Origin: a bacterium
Lineage (GTDB): Bacteria > Myxococcota_A > Bradymonadia > Bradymonadales > Bradymonadaceae
Direction of reading: 5' to 3'
Assembly (NCBI GenBank): GCA_041390025.1
Contig: JAWKQR010000029.1
Coordinates: forward strand, 5,787 to 29,786
DNA length: 24,000 bases
Positions 9,013-19,346 of the stretch are shown piece after piece. The translations under genes and the position numbers were made by a program. The notes beneath the pieces are model-generated. The model did not search any database and was not told where the DNA came from. It saw only the letters and a program-made list of their open reading frames with translations. The number at the start of each line of letters is the position of its first letter. Within the stretch, counting starts at the first letter, position 1.

Positions 9013-10930
9013 ATGAGCAGCAGGTTCGACATCATCGTGGTGGGCGGGAGCCACGCAGGCATCGAGGCGGCCCTGGCGGCCGCGCGCCTGGGCGCACGCA
9101 CGGCGCTGGTGACCCCCACGACCCGCAGGAAGTCGGGCGCATGCCCTGCAACCCGGCCATCGGCGGCCTCGGCAAGGGGCACCTGGTGCGGGAGCTCGAC
9201 GTGCTGGGCGGCGAGATGGGCCGCGCCATCGACGCGACGGGCATCCAGTTCCGCGTGCTCAACCGCAAGAAGGGTCCCGCGGTGCAGTCGCCGCGGGCCC
9301 AGGCCGACAAGCACCGCTACCAGGCGGCCATGGTCGCGACGGTGCACGCCGAGCCGGGGCTGACGGTGATCGCGGGCGACGTGGCGGGCCTGGACGTCGT
9401 GCCCGACCGGGACGGGCGCACCCGCTTCGTCGGCGTGGTGCTGGGCGACGGCCGCCGGATCGCGGGCGCGCGCGCGGTGCTGGGCACGGGCACCTTCCTG
9501 CAGGGCCTGATGCACGTGGGCGACCGGCGCACGAGCGGTGGGCGCGAGGGCGCGGCCAGCGCCGAAGGCCTCAGCGGCAGCCTGCGCGACTACGGCTTCG
9601 CGCTGCGCCGCCTCAAGACGGGCACGCCGCCGCGGTTGCGGCGCGACAGCATCGACTTCGCGCGCCTGGCCGTGCAGCCGGGCGACGACCCGCCGACGCC
9701 GTTCTCGTTCCGCACGGGCGACTTCGCGCCGGTGCAGGACGTGTGCTGGCTGGCCTACACCAACGCCGCCACCCACGCGTTGATCGCGGGTTCGCTGGAC
9801 CGTTCGCCGCTGTACGGCGGCGCGATCGCGGGGCGCGGGCCGCGCTACTGCCCATCCATCGAAGACAAGGTCGTGCGCTTCGCCGACAAGGAGCGCCACC
9901 TGCTCTTCCTCGAGCCGGAAGGGCGTGACACCGACGAGATCTACGTCAACGGCCTCTCGACCAGCCTGCCGGCGGACGTGCAGGTGGCGATGGTGCGGTC
10001 GGTGGAGGGACTCGAGCGCGCGGATCTCGTGCGTTGCGGCTACGCGGTGGAGTACGACAGCGTGCCGTCGTGGCAGATCCTGCCCAGCCTGGAGACGAAG
10101 CCGGTCGCCGGGCTCTTCCTGGCGGGGCAGATCCTGGGCACCTCGGGCTACGAGGAAGCGGCGGCGCAGGGGCTGGTGGCCGGCGTCAACGCCGTGCGCA
10201 GCCTCGACGGCGGCGCGCCGTTGGCGCTCGGACGCGACGAGGCCTACATGGGCGTGCTGGTGGACGACCTCGTCACGAAGGAGATCGACGAGCCCTACCG
10301 CATGTTCACCTCGCGCGCGGAACATCGCCTGCATCTGCGCTGCGACAACGCGGAGGAGCGGCTCACCGGCACGGCCCTGGCGCTGGGGCTGCTGAGCGAC
10401 CGCGACGCGCGCCTGCTGCGGGCGCGGCGGGAGTTCGTGGCGGCGGTGGAAGCCGCGCTGGCGCGGGCGACCGTGGACGACCGGCCGCGCGGGTTGCGGC
10501 TGCCGGCGACGGACTGGCTGCGGCACCCGCACGCGCGGCTGGCGGACACTCGGCGCGGTTGATGGGGTTGATGATGAATACGATATGCATTAAACCATAT
10601 GAATCTGCGAGGTTGTTGGGGGGGTGGCGGGCGACCGGCGCCGTGCCGGGCGGCCCTCGAGCAGATCGAGAATGCGCACCGCTACGACGGCTACATCCAG
10701 AAGCACAACAAGGCAACGCGGCCAGGGAACACCTGGGCAACCTCGAGCGCCGGCCGACCTGGACTACCAGGCGGCCGAGGCGCTCAGCTTTCCGAGGCCC
10801 GGGAGAAGCTGACGCGCATGCGCCCGACCACCCTGGGCCAAGCGGGGCGCATCGACGGGGTGCGGAGCCGGCGACCTGGCGGTGCTGGCGGTGGTGTGCG
10901 CCGGCACCGAAGCGGCGGCGGCGGGGGATG
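9013..10930 (+). pseudogene. mnmG: tRNA uridine 5-carboxymethylaminomethyl modification enzyme MnmG (GidA); at least 5 frame switches and a ~43-nt AT-rich insertion. The 3' end is approximate.
   Basis: FAD-binding N-terminus MSSRFDIIVVGGSHAGIEAALAAARLGARTALVT. After a shift at ~9125, ORF 9141..10562 follows (MPCNPAIGGLGKGHLVRELDVLGGEMGRAID...TGTPPRL...GPRYCPSIEDK...FLAGQILGTSGYEEAAAQG...FTSRAEHRLHLR). The C-terminal blocks EQIENAHRYDGYIQK, LDYQAAEALSF, EAREKLTRMRPTTLGQAGRIDGV lie in other frames after 10,650. Confidence 0.9.
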
Positions 10931-11630
10931 ACGATGCGGCCAATGACTTCGCGCCGATCGTCGCGGCGTACCGCGCCGAGGTCTGCGCTGGAACCGCCAG
11001 ATCAGCCTGATTTCGCGCCAGGACACCGCGGCGACCCTCGACGAGCTGCTGGCCCAGTGCGCGCGCGCGCGGCGGACGGCTGCTGGGCGCCTGTCCGTCG
11101 GCACGGGGCCGGTGCTGTATTGCGACCTGGGATCGGGCGGCGGGTTGCGGGCGTCCTCTGGCACGCCACCTGCAAGGAGCGGGCGCCGGGCTCACCACTT
11201 ATATGGTGGAGCCGCGCGCGCGAGAAGCGAGGCCTGGTTCCTGCGGCGGGTGGCCCCGCTGGCGGGGGCTCCGGCCTACCACAGGTGCTGGAGGTCGCTG
11301 GGGGTGAGGTGGCGGCGGATCGCGCCCGGACGACGCGGCGATCGCCTTGATCTCCCTGAAGGCCCTGCGCTTGACCGATCCGGAGATCCTGGCGGGCCTG
11401 GGCGCCGTGCGGCCCGCGGCGGCGACCCTCCGGCAGATCGTCATCGCCCGGTTCCATCCGGTCGACGAGGTCCTGACCCCCGCGCTGAGCCGGGGAGCTG
11501 GCGATCGCGGGTCGGGGCGGCGGCTGGGGGCGTGGACCGGCGCGGGGGCGGAGATCCTGCCCCGTGGTCGGGCACGCCGGCCCCGAAGGCGGCCCTCGTC
11601 GTGTGCCGCTACGTTCCGGCGGGCGCCTGA
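10928..11630 (+). pseudogene. rsmG: 16S rRNA (guanine527-N7) methyltransferase RsmG (GidB); several frameshifts and an uncertain start
   Basis: Fragments in different frames: RWNRQISLISRQD, VLYCDLGSGGGL (SAM motif), VEPRARKAAFLRRV-type block, ISLKALRLTDPEILAGL, and the end ...ALVVCRYVPAGA-stop at 11630. The position between mnmG and parA is conserved synteny. Confidence 0.65.
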
Positions 11631-11804
11631 TCGTTGGTCCGCATGGAACATCGCCCTCGGCCGGCTGCTGCCGTCCCTGGCGCTGCGACCGACTACGTGG
11701 TCGACCCTCAGCAATCGATATCACCGACGCCGCCCGCTCACCGGCGGTACATTGGCGCTTCTGCGCGGCCTTGTTGCCCATCACACCCGGTCCTGAGGTC
11801 CGCC

Positions 11805-12566
<762 letters not shown>

Positions 12567-12653
12567 GTTTAGCGCGACATCACGCTTCCCCCAGTATTTG
12601 ACCAACGCGATGTTGCTTCGTGCTTCAACGGTGACTGTCATGCGGTGTTCCGT

Positions 12654-13229
12654 TCAACGATGGGAAAGGCCGTCCAACAGCAGTTGATGCATCAGGTCGA
12701 GCTCTTGAAACAAGTTGGAGAACGTCTGGTGGTAGAGCAGCGGGGGAGTGAAGGTGGCGTACGCCCTCAGAATCGCAGTCGCCGCAAGGTCTGGGTCGTG
12801 GATGGCAAAGTCCCCACTCATCGACGAGCCGCGCAGAAACTCCGCGATGACCTGCCGCTGCGCCGCCTTGAACGCTTCGAACTCGTTCTGAACGGCTTCG
12901 CAGCTGCAGTGAATCAGGTCACTCGCGTGCGCACCGTGATCGGCGACCTCGATGAACGCGCGAACCCGAGCCGTCATCATTGCCCGAAACCGGTCGTGAC
13001 AGGAGCCTTGGGACTGCGACGCGTCACGCATCGCATTCAGGATGCGTTCGTGCCGCTCGCTGGCTAACCGCGCCACGATGGCGTCTTTGGATGTGAACTC
13101 GAGGTACACGGTCCCGACACCAATGCGCGCTTCGCGCGCGATGTCCGAGATCGTGGTCTTGGCGACACCGTAGTGCGCTACGAGCCTTTCGGCCGCGAGA
13201 AGAATCTTATGTTGGCGGTCGTCATCCAT
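12654..13229 (-). CDS. TetR/AcrR-family transcriptional regulator
   Basis: N-terminal HTH: [50 protein letters not shown] 13229 (MDDDRQHK...) is preferred over the listed TTG at 13319 because it gives the usual short lead-in to the HTH. The gene is divergent from lon. Confidence 0.85.
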   Translation of the reverse strand: MDDDRQHKILLAAERLVAHYGVAKTTISDIAREARIGVGTVYLEFTSKDAIVARLASERHERILNAMRDASQSQGSCHDRFRAMMTARVRAFIEVADHGAHASDLIHCSCEAVQNEFEAFKAAQRQVIAEFLRGSSMSGDFAIHDPDLAATAILRAYATFTPPLLYHQTFSNLFQELDLMHQLLLDGLSHR

Positions 13230-13347
13230 CGATTGTGCAGCCGTGAACGTTTTCTTCAATTGCTCATGGTAAGGCGACCTAAGGGTCAGCGCAACTCGAC
13301 CATGTTGAATCCTGACCAAAAACTTAACATCTATCTCTTGACTGAGC

Positions 13348-13374
13348 GATGAACGGATTTAGTTTTCGTTCATC
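13348..13374. promoter_or_regulatory. Perfect 8-bp inverted repeat GATGAACG-N11-CGTTCATC in the tetR/lon spacer (candidate TetR operator)
   Basis: Read directly: gatgaacg at 13348-13355 and cgttcatc at 13367-13374. The repeat lies between the divergent tetR-family and lon starts, downstream of a TTGACT hexamer at 13337-13342. Confidence 0.4.
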
Positions 13375-13424
13375 CGTCATTTATCTCAATGGCGAATCTG
13401 GCCTCAGGCCACGAAGGAGCAAGC

Positions 13425-15776
13425 ATGAACTCGACTACGTATCCCCTCATCCCGATGAGGAATCTGGTCCTCCAACCGGGGACCGTCTTGAGTGTCACCG
13501 TGGGCCGCGCCAAGTCGGTCCGATTGATCGAAACCCTTAAGGAGTCCGACCTGCTGGTTGCAGGCGTGCAGCGGGACCCGGAGCTGCGTGACCCCGACTT
13601 TTCGGACCTTCACCCGGTCGCGACTCTGGCGCGGGTCATCAAGGTGGCCAAACACCCCAACGGGGCATACGCACTGGTGATCGAGGGCGTGGGGCGTTTT
13701 CAAATCGAACGTCCCGTTACGACCGAGCCGTTCTGGACCGTCGAAGGTCACGCGCTCGCCGACGAAGGCGACGACACGGCCGAAGCCGAGACGTTGGCCT
13801 CCGTGCTGCGCGAACAGCTTGAAGAGATGGCAAGCGCCGATGGCGGTGCTTTCGCAGGTCAACTTCCCGAAGACGAGGCGCCTGGCCGGCTCGCCGATAA
13901 GGTCGCCGGCGCACTTCCGCTAGATCTTCATCAGCGAGTGACCGTGTTGATGACGCTCAACTCCGCAGAGCGTCTTCGTTTGGTTGCACGGCTCGTGGCT
14001 GAAGTGCGTGCGCAGGCCTCTCTGCGTCAGGCGATTGAGGCCGAAGTTCGCGAAGAACTCAACAAGAATCACAAGGACGCCATCCTTCGCCAACAGCTCA
14101 AGGCGATTAAGAATCAGCTCGGCAGCGACGAGGAAGACACCGACGAGCTGCGCGCGAAACTCGCTGCGATCACGTTCCCCGAGGACGCAGCCAAGGTCGT
14201 GGAGCGGGAGCTGTCGCGGTTGGATTCGCTGGAGCCCAATCAGGCCGAGTACAACGTCGTTCGCAATTACCTTGAGTGGATGGCCGACCTTCCTTGGGAC
14301 ACGGCGGCGCCGGTCAAAGAAGACCTCAACGCCATCGAGGAGCAGCTCGACGCCGACCACTACGGGTTGGATGACGTCAAACAACGCATCCTTGAGCACA
14401 TGGCCGTGTTGAAACTGTCGGGTAACCCCAAGGGCACCATCCTGTGCCTCGCAGGGCCTCCCGGCGTGGGCAAGACGAGCCTTGGCCAATCCATCGCCGA
14501 GGCGACCGGACGTCCGTTCGTGCGCATCGCATTGGGCGGCGTGCGCGACGAAGCCGAGATCCGTGGCCATCGGCGCACGTACATCGGGTCGCGCCCCGGA
14601 CGTATCATCCATGCGCTTCGCAAGGCCGGCGCAAACAACCCGGTGATGCTCCTCGACGAGGTCGACAAACTGGGCAAGGGCTGGGCAGGCGACCCCGAAG
14701 CCGCGTTGCTCGAGGTGTTGGACCCCGAGCAGAACTCGACCTTCCAAGACCACTACATGGAGGTGCCGTTCGACCTGTCGCAGGTGCTGTTCATCTGCAC
14801 GGCCAACCAGCTCGAGAACCTTTCGGCGCCGTTGCGTGACCGTCTCGAGATCATCGAGGTGTCGGGTTACACCTTGGAGGAAAAGAAGCACATCGCCCGC
14901 AACCATCTGGTGCCACGGCAGCTCGCGGACCATGCGATTTCGCCCGACGCACTGACCGTCACGGACGAGGCACTTGCCCGAATGATCTCGGGGTACACCC
15001 GCGAGGCGGGTGTGCGGCAGCTCAACCGTAACATCACCAAGCTGTGTCGCGCGGTCGCGCTCGAAGTCGCACGCTCGTCTGACCCGGCTGGCGTGGTCTT
15101 GTCGGTCGATGAGGACGACGTCACCAAGTACCTGGGCAAGGTGAAATTCCACAACGAGATGGCAGCACGGACCGCCGCGCCAGGGGTGGCGACCGGTTTG
15201 GCGTGGACTCCGGTCGGTGGTGACATCCTGTTCATCGAGACGTCGAAGATGCCTGGCACCGGTCAGCTGCAGATCACGGGGCAGCTCGGTGAAGTCATGC
15301 AGGAATCGGCGAGGGCAGCCCTGACCTATGTGCGCAGCCATGCCGAGGAGCTCAGGGTTGACCCGGCGTTCCTCAAGACGCACGACGTGCACATCCATGT
15401 GCCGGCGGGCGCCGTCCCTAAGGACGGACCATCGGCAGGGGTCACGATCTTCACCGCGCTGGCGTCGTTGTTGACCGACAGGCGTGTCCGGTCGGACACG
15501 GCAATGACCGGAGAGTGTACACTCCGAGGTCGGGTGCTGCCGGTCGGGGGCATCAAGGCCAAGGTCTTGGCGGCTCACCGCGCGGGGATCAAGCGCATCA
15601 TCTTGCCGGCCCACAACATGGCCGACCTTGACGAAGTGCCTGAGGCCGCGTTGGCGGATCTGGAAATCATTCCAGCCGAGGACATGAGCCAGGTGCTCGC
15701 TGCCGCGCTAGAGGATGCCACCGGGCCGCTCGTAACCTCGACGACCGACACCACGATGTCCGAGATGTCGGTCTAG
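13425..15776 (+). CDS. lon: ATP-dependent Lon protease (LonA type)
   Basis: ATG 13425 is preceded by AAGGAG at 13412-13417. The protein has an N-terminal LON substrate-binding domain ([23 protein letters not shown]), Walker [10 protein letters not shown] (~14452-14478), Walker [10 protein letters not shown], the catalytic serine motif [10 protein letters not shown] (Ser codon 15432-15434) and the lysine motif [15 protein letters not shown]. Confidence 0.97.
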   Translation: MNSTTYPLIPMRNLVLQPGTVLSVTVGRAKSVRLIETLKESDLLVAGVQRDPELRDPDFSDLHPVATLARVIKVAKHPNGAYALVIEGVGRFQIERPVTTEPFWTVEGHALADEGDDTAEAETLASVLREQLEEMASADGGAFAGQLPEDEAPGRLADKVAGALPLDLHQRVTVLMTLNSAERLRLVARLVAEVRAQASLRQAIEAEVREELNKNHKDAILRQQLKAIKNQLGSDEEDTDELRAKLAAITFPEDAAKVVERELSRLDSLEPNQAEYNVVRNYLEWMADLPWDTAAPVKEDLNAIEEQLDADHYGLDDVKQRILEHMAVLKLSGNPKGTILCLAGPPGVGKTSLGQSIAEATGRPFVRIALGGVRDEAEIRGHRRTYIGSRPGRIIHALRKAGANNPVMLLDEVDKLGKGWAGDPEAALLEVLDPEQNSTFQDHYMEVPFDLSQVLFICTANQLENLSAPLRDRLEIIEVSGYTLEEKKHIARNHLVPRQLADHAISPDALTVTDEALARMISGYTREAGVRQLNRNITKLCRAVALEVARSSDPAGVVLSVDEDDVTKYLGKVKFHNEMAARTAAPGVATGLAWTPVGGDILFIETSKMPGTGQLQITGQLGEVMQESARAALTYVRSHAEELRVDPAFLKTHDVHIHVPAGAVPKDGPSAGVTIFTALASLLTDRRVRSDTAMTGECTLRGRVLPVGGIKAKVLAAHRAGIKRIILPAHNMADLDEVPEAALADLEIIPAEDMSQVLAAALEDATGPLVTSTTDTTMSEMSV

Positions 15777-15777
15777 C

Positions 15778-16479
15778 TCACTCGACGTCGACGACCACAC
15801 GATTGTCGACGATCATCCAACCGCCTTTGCCGGCCGCGCCTAGGTAGACCCACCAAATGCGCTCGGCGGGCTGGAATTTCATCGCATCGTCCGCGCCCTT
15901 GAAGTTGCCAACGTAGCTTTCGGGGCGCGGGCACATCGCCTCCACCAGTTTCCGGTCGACCTCGAGCAGGCACAATCCACTGCCCAGGTAGTGGTACATG
16001 TAGACCTGCTGCCCCTTCTTGAGCTCGGCGTAGAATTGCTCGTCACCGGTGCGATACGACGCCCCGTAGGTGAAGCCCTCGACGCCGACGGGAGCTTTGA
16101 CCCGGTACGTCGACGGCCGAAAAATCCCAACATTTGACTGAGACCAACGAATCACCTCGCCACGCTGAAACGTCGCTTCGGCCACCGGGATGCCATTGAG
16201 GCTAGGGATGTCGACAAGCGGCACGGGCTCCGAGCCCGAATTCCACGTCAGCGTAAACCGACGTCCCTCCTCTTGGAACGGCCATCCATCGATCGTGACC
16301 AATGCCTCGGGATTGTTCGTGGGGCGCGCCACCGGGGCCTTTTCCAACTGAATTCGGTCGGTTCGCGTTGGGCCGGCCGCCAGCTCGGTCGGCGGGGCGT
16401 TGCCCACAAGTTCGTCTTGGGGTGCCGCGCACGAGGCGAGCATCAGACTAATCAAAATACAAAACGTTCTTGTCGCCAT
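15778..16479 (-). CDS. Predicted lipoprotein of unknown function
   Basis: Signal peptide with lipobox: MATRTFCILISLMLAS|C. The 233-aa product shows no family I recognise. Its ATG lies 32 nt inside the 3' end of the upstream 932-aa gene, which suggests an operon with translational coupling. Its stop is 1 nt from the lon stop (convergent). Confidence 0.6.
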   Translation of the reverse strand: MATRTFCILISLMLASCAAPQDELVGNAPPTELAAGPTRTDRIQLEKAPVARPTNNPEALVTIDGWPFQEEGRRFTLTWNSGSEPVPLVDIPSLNGIPVAEATFQRGEVIRWSQSNVGIFRPSTYRVKAPVGVEGFTYGASYRTGDEQFYAELKKGQQVYMYHYLGSGLCLLEVDRKLVEAMCPRPESYVGNFKGADDAMKFQPAERIWWVYLGAAGKGGWMIVDNRVVVDVE

Positions 16480-19246
16480 GTTGCTCCACGAGCTCCGTCA
16501 CGCGCCCTAGGACTGCGTCGCGTCGTTGCCAGAAAATCTCGAGCCGTTGTTTTTCTAGGTCGTTGGGGTCGCTAAACAGGATGGGGTTGACCCAGCTTGG
16601 TTGCAAGTGGCGTAAGCCCTCGATCATCGTTCGGCTAAACCGCGTGACCGGTTCAAACCTCGCATCGACGCGCGAGCTGACCTGAATGTGGAACGCTGCG
16701 CCGTTGTCGATCGACACAAAATGGCCGTTCGCAAACTGGTTGTTCACCCCAAAATAGGGCTCTTGCACGCTGAAGCGGTCCCAGTTGTTGGTCAGGTAGT
16801 CGAACACCAACACATTCGATAGCTCTCGCGCCACCGAGCGCGTCGTCGTTCCGTCGTCTTCGCGCAGGATGTTTCGGTAATACTCGCCGTTTTTGTACAA
16901 CATCATGCCGCGGATGTTGGCGCCCAGCGGTTGGTCTAGGTCTGGTGGCTCTTCGACACCTAGCCATGGCTCCCAAAGGTGCGTGTACTCGATGGGCCAG
17001 TCCGCAAAATGCGGCACCCATGTTTTCAAGACGCCGTATAGGTACTCACGCTCAATGCCATCCGGCCCGGGTTCTAGCACCCATGTCAGCTCGGGGAAGC
17101 GCTGGGCGTAGGTGCGCTGCTTCTCGGTATCCATGGGATACATCGCATCGAGGTCCTCGCGCGAGATGCGTGACGGTCGGCTCCAAGGCACCATAAAACC
17201 GCACGGCACGAGCTCGCAAAGACGCCACGCCGCGACTTCGGCGCGCCATCCGTCACCCCATTCGGCTTGGGCTGGTTTGAACGCGTAGACGGTTTGATCC
17301 CCGCGTTTCATCTTGAGCGACACCGAACGCCCGCCACCGAGCGCACGAATGGTGTCGAAATCGGACGCCTTGGAAAGCGTGATGGTCTTCTGCGTCAAAC
17401 GCGCGTCGTTGTTGACCGCGCGCATGTATAGCGCGTCGAGGGTTTCGTCCTCGAAGCGCGTCATGGCGGCGATGGCCTGAACGCGCGCTTCGGACCACTC
17501 CTGCGAACCAAGCGAGATCTCGATCTCGCGCAGCGCCCACGATTTGTTGCCAGGTTCACGGACGCGAAGTTCCGAGATCAACTCCCACGCGTCGCCATAG
17601 TTCTTGCGGGCAATCAGCGCATCGACCTGCTGCGCGAGTTGCTCGGTGGTCTGTGCGCGAAGCGACGCGACCGCAGCTGCGATGCCCGCTGCCCGCGTCT
17701 CGACGAGCGTTGCGGCCTGAATCGACTCAACCGGAGGCGGGGAGGGCGGCGTATCCACGGGTTTGGGTTCGCCGATGAGGTGCGGAGCCAGAAGGTAAGC
17801 TGCAGCAGCGGTCGCCATGAGGCCGATCGCGATGGGGATCAACGGAAGGCTGGATTGTTTGGGTCCCACTTCGAACAAATCGGACGGCAGGCTCGAACTG
17901 TCTGGGCCGTCTAAGGGCTCGGGCAAGCTTGAAATGCCAGGGTTTGTGGCAAGTGGGGCGTCGGGCGACGTGGGCTCTTGTGTCGCATCCGGCGAACGCG
18001 GGCTTGGCGATTCTTCGCTTCGGTCCGGCGTGGTGTCCGGTAAGCGAGGGACGGCCGGCGGGACGGATGCATCCGGCAGCCTCGCGAACGTCACGGGTTC
18101 ATCGGGCGAGTCTGCTGTTCCCAGCGCCACGTCTGGCGATGCGGGGATCGAGGGTGGCACAGGTCTGGGTTCGACCGGGTCCGGTGTGATGAGCACCTCA
18201 ACCGTCTTGGCCGCATGTGCAGAGTGTCGCTCGACCTCGGCAGACACCACCCGTAGCGCTGCCTGAGTTTGTGACGCCAACTCTTCTTCGACCCGCGCAA
18301 ACACTGGATGAAGCGGCAGCGGCATCCACCGACCACTCGGGTCCAAGACCTCGATGGCGCCGGGCCACGCACCGCGCTGCAAGACACGCGCGATGGCCGC
18401 GAGCGTCATCTTCGAAAACGTCGCATCTTGCGTTCGTAGTTCGATCCCGGCGTCGAGCATCTCCTCGCTGAACATCGTCGCGCGGATGCGTGTCTCGCGG
18501 GTCACGTCAGCCGAGGCCGGTGGCTCATCAACGGGCTCCGGCTTGCGCGCGGGGGGCTTTGGCTCGGATGGCTCTGGCCCGGATGGCTTTGGCCCGGACA
18601 GCGGCGGGAGTCGCTGCAACCGCGTTCTTAGCGCGGAACGCGAAATCTTGGGCGCTGGGGCGTCTTTCGGTTTTGGGTCTGACGGCTCGGGTGTTGGTGC
18701 CTTTGGGTGAGCTTCGGCGCGTTCGATGGGCTCGGGCGCGATGTCCTTCGGCGGTGTCGCTAGTGCCTCGGGCAGCGCAGCGGGTTTGGGAAGCTCAGCG
18801 GCCGGGGCGGGCATCTCGGGTTCGGTTGCGACCAATGGCGGCACATCGGTCTGCGACGCACGCCGCGCAAAACCGCCAGGCGCCACCGGTTCTTGCACCG
18901 GCGGGGCCGGGGGCTGCTCGGGTACATCACCGCCGATTGGGGTGAAGTTGAAGCGCGCGGCCCGTGGTGCAGGTGGCTCCTCGATAGGGCGAGTCTGTTC
19001 GCCAAGCGTCGTGACGTCGGTGAAGACTTTGGGACGTTTTGTTGGCGCCGCAGGGGTCTCGCGCCCAAACACCGAGCTGATGCCGATGGACTGCCAAGGC
19101 TGTCCTACACTCGTGTCGATCGGGGTCTTGCACTTTGGGCACGGAATGGTGCCCGACGGCGGGTTTCCGGACTTCGAGGTCAGGCGAAATCTAGACGCAC
19201 ACGCTGGGCACTGAATTTCGAATTTCTGCGGTGCACTCTCGGCCAT
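16448..19246 (-). CDS. Multidomain membrane protein: N-terminal MJ0042-type zinc ribbon, Pro-rich linker, GYF_2-like segment, single TM helix, helical region, and a C-terminal Fam20/Four-jointed-like (PI4K-II-like) atypical kinase domain
   Basis: The 932-aa ORF is intact. Zinc ribbon: CPAC-x17-CPKC at aa 13-39. aa 60-250 and 355-460 are Pro/Glu-rich. A possible GYF_2-like block lies at aa ~257-320 (MTLAAIARVLQRGAWPGAIEVLDPSGRWMPLPLHPVF). The TM helix LPLIPIAIGLMATAAAAYLLAP lies at aa ~466-487 (nt ~17783-17851). The C-terminal ~300 aa (nt ~16451-17374) carry kinase-like motifs: VYAFKP (K657), RAEVAAWRL (E670), VFDYLTNNWDRF (D823), FVSIDNGAAF (D847). Confidence 0.75.
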   Translation of the reverse strand: MAESAPQKFEIQCPACASRFRLTSKSGNPPSGTIPCPKCKTPIDTSVGQPWQSIGISSVFGRETPAAPTKRPKVFTDVTTLGEQTRPIEEPPAPRAARFNFTPIGGDVPEQPPAPPVQEPVAPGGFARRASQTDVPPLVATEPEMPAPAAELPKPAALPEALATPPKDIAPEPIERAEAHPKAPTPEPSDPKPKDAPAPKISRSALRTRLQRLPPLSGPKPSGPEPSEPKPPARKPEPVDEPPASADVTRETRIRATMFSEEMLDAGIELRTQDATFSKMTLAAIARVLQRGAWPGAIEVLDPSGRWMPLPLHPVFARVEEELASQTQAALRVVSAEVERHSAHAAKTVEVLITPDPVEPRPVPPSIPASPDVALGTADSPDEPVTFARLPDASVPPAVPRLPDTTPDRSEESPSPRSPDATQEPTSPDAPLATNPGISSLPEPLDGPDSSSLPSDLFEVGPKQSSLPLIPIAIGLMATAAAAYLLAPHLIGEPKPVDTPPSPPPVESIQAATLVETRAAGIAAAVASLRAQTTEQLAQQVDALIARKNYGDAWELISELRVREPGNKSWALREIEISLGSQEWSEARVQAIAAMTRFEDETLDALYMRAVNNDARLTQKTITLSKASDFDTIRALGGGRSVSLKMKRGDQTVYAFKPAQAEWGDGWRAEVAAWRLCELVPCGFMVPWSRPSRISREDLDAMYPMDTEKQRTYAQRFPELTWVLEPGPDGIEREYLYGVLKTWVPHFADWPIEYTHLWEPWLGVEEPPDLDQPLGANIRGMMLYKNGEYYRNILREDDGTTTRSVARELSNVLVFDYLTNNWDRFSVQEPYFGVNNQFANGHFVSIDNGAAFHIQVSSRVDARFEPVTRFSRTMIEGLRHLQPSWVNPILFSDPNDLEKQRLEIFWQRRDAVLGRVTELVEQHGDKNVLYFD

Positions 19247-19346
19247 GCGAAAAGGCTACTCGTGGATGGGCCGGTTGTCGAAAACTCAGCCGGATTTGCA
19301 GTGCGCGTTGCGCATGGGCTAAACCAAGGCCTCATTGAGGCGAAGC

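Noticed and set aside
10568-10610. The AT-rich block considered as a sequencing adapter.
   Set aside because: From memory I find only a 6-nt coincidence (AATACG) with the ONT adapter sequence, which is not enough to call. It is left as an unexplained insertion in the findings.
12567-12653. A search of the junction spacer for a tRNA/tmRNA attachment site, integrase remnant, or parS (TGTTTCACGTGAAACA-like) site.
   Set aside because: I saw no tRNA-like T-arm (GTTCGAATC-type) or acceptor structure, no parS-like palindrome here or in the spacer upstream of parA (11630-11805), and no integrase or transposase ORF nearby.
13920-15614. A 564-aa minus-strand ORF antisense to lon. Other antisense ORFs occur at 19551..20465 (opposite the transporter) and 23304..23924 (opposite DUF2064 and the Mo-enzyme start).
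   Set aside because: The opposite-strand genes have unmistakable family motifs. The antisense translations are Arg/His-rich with no recognisable domains.
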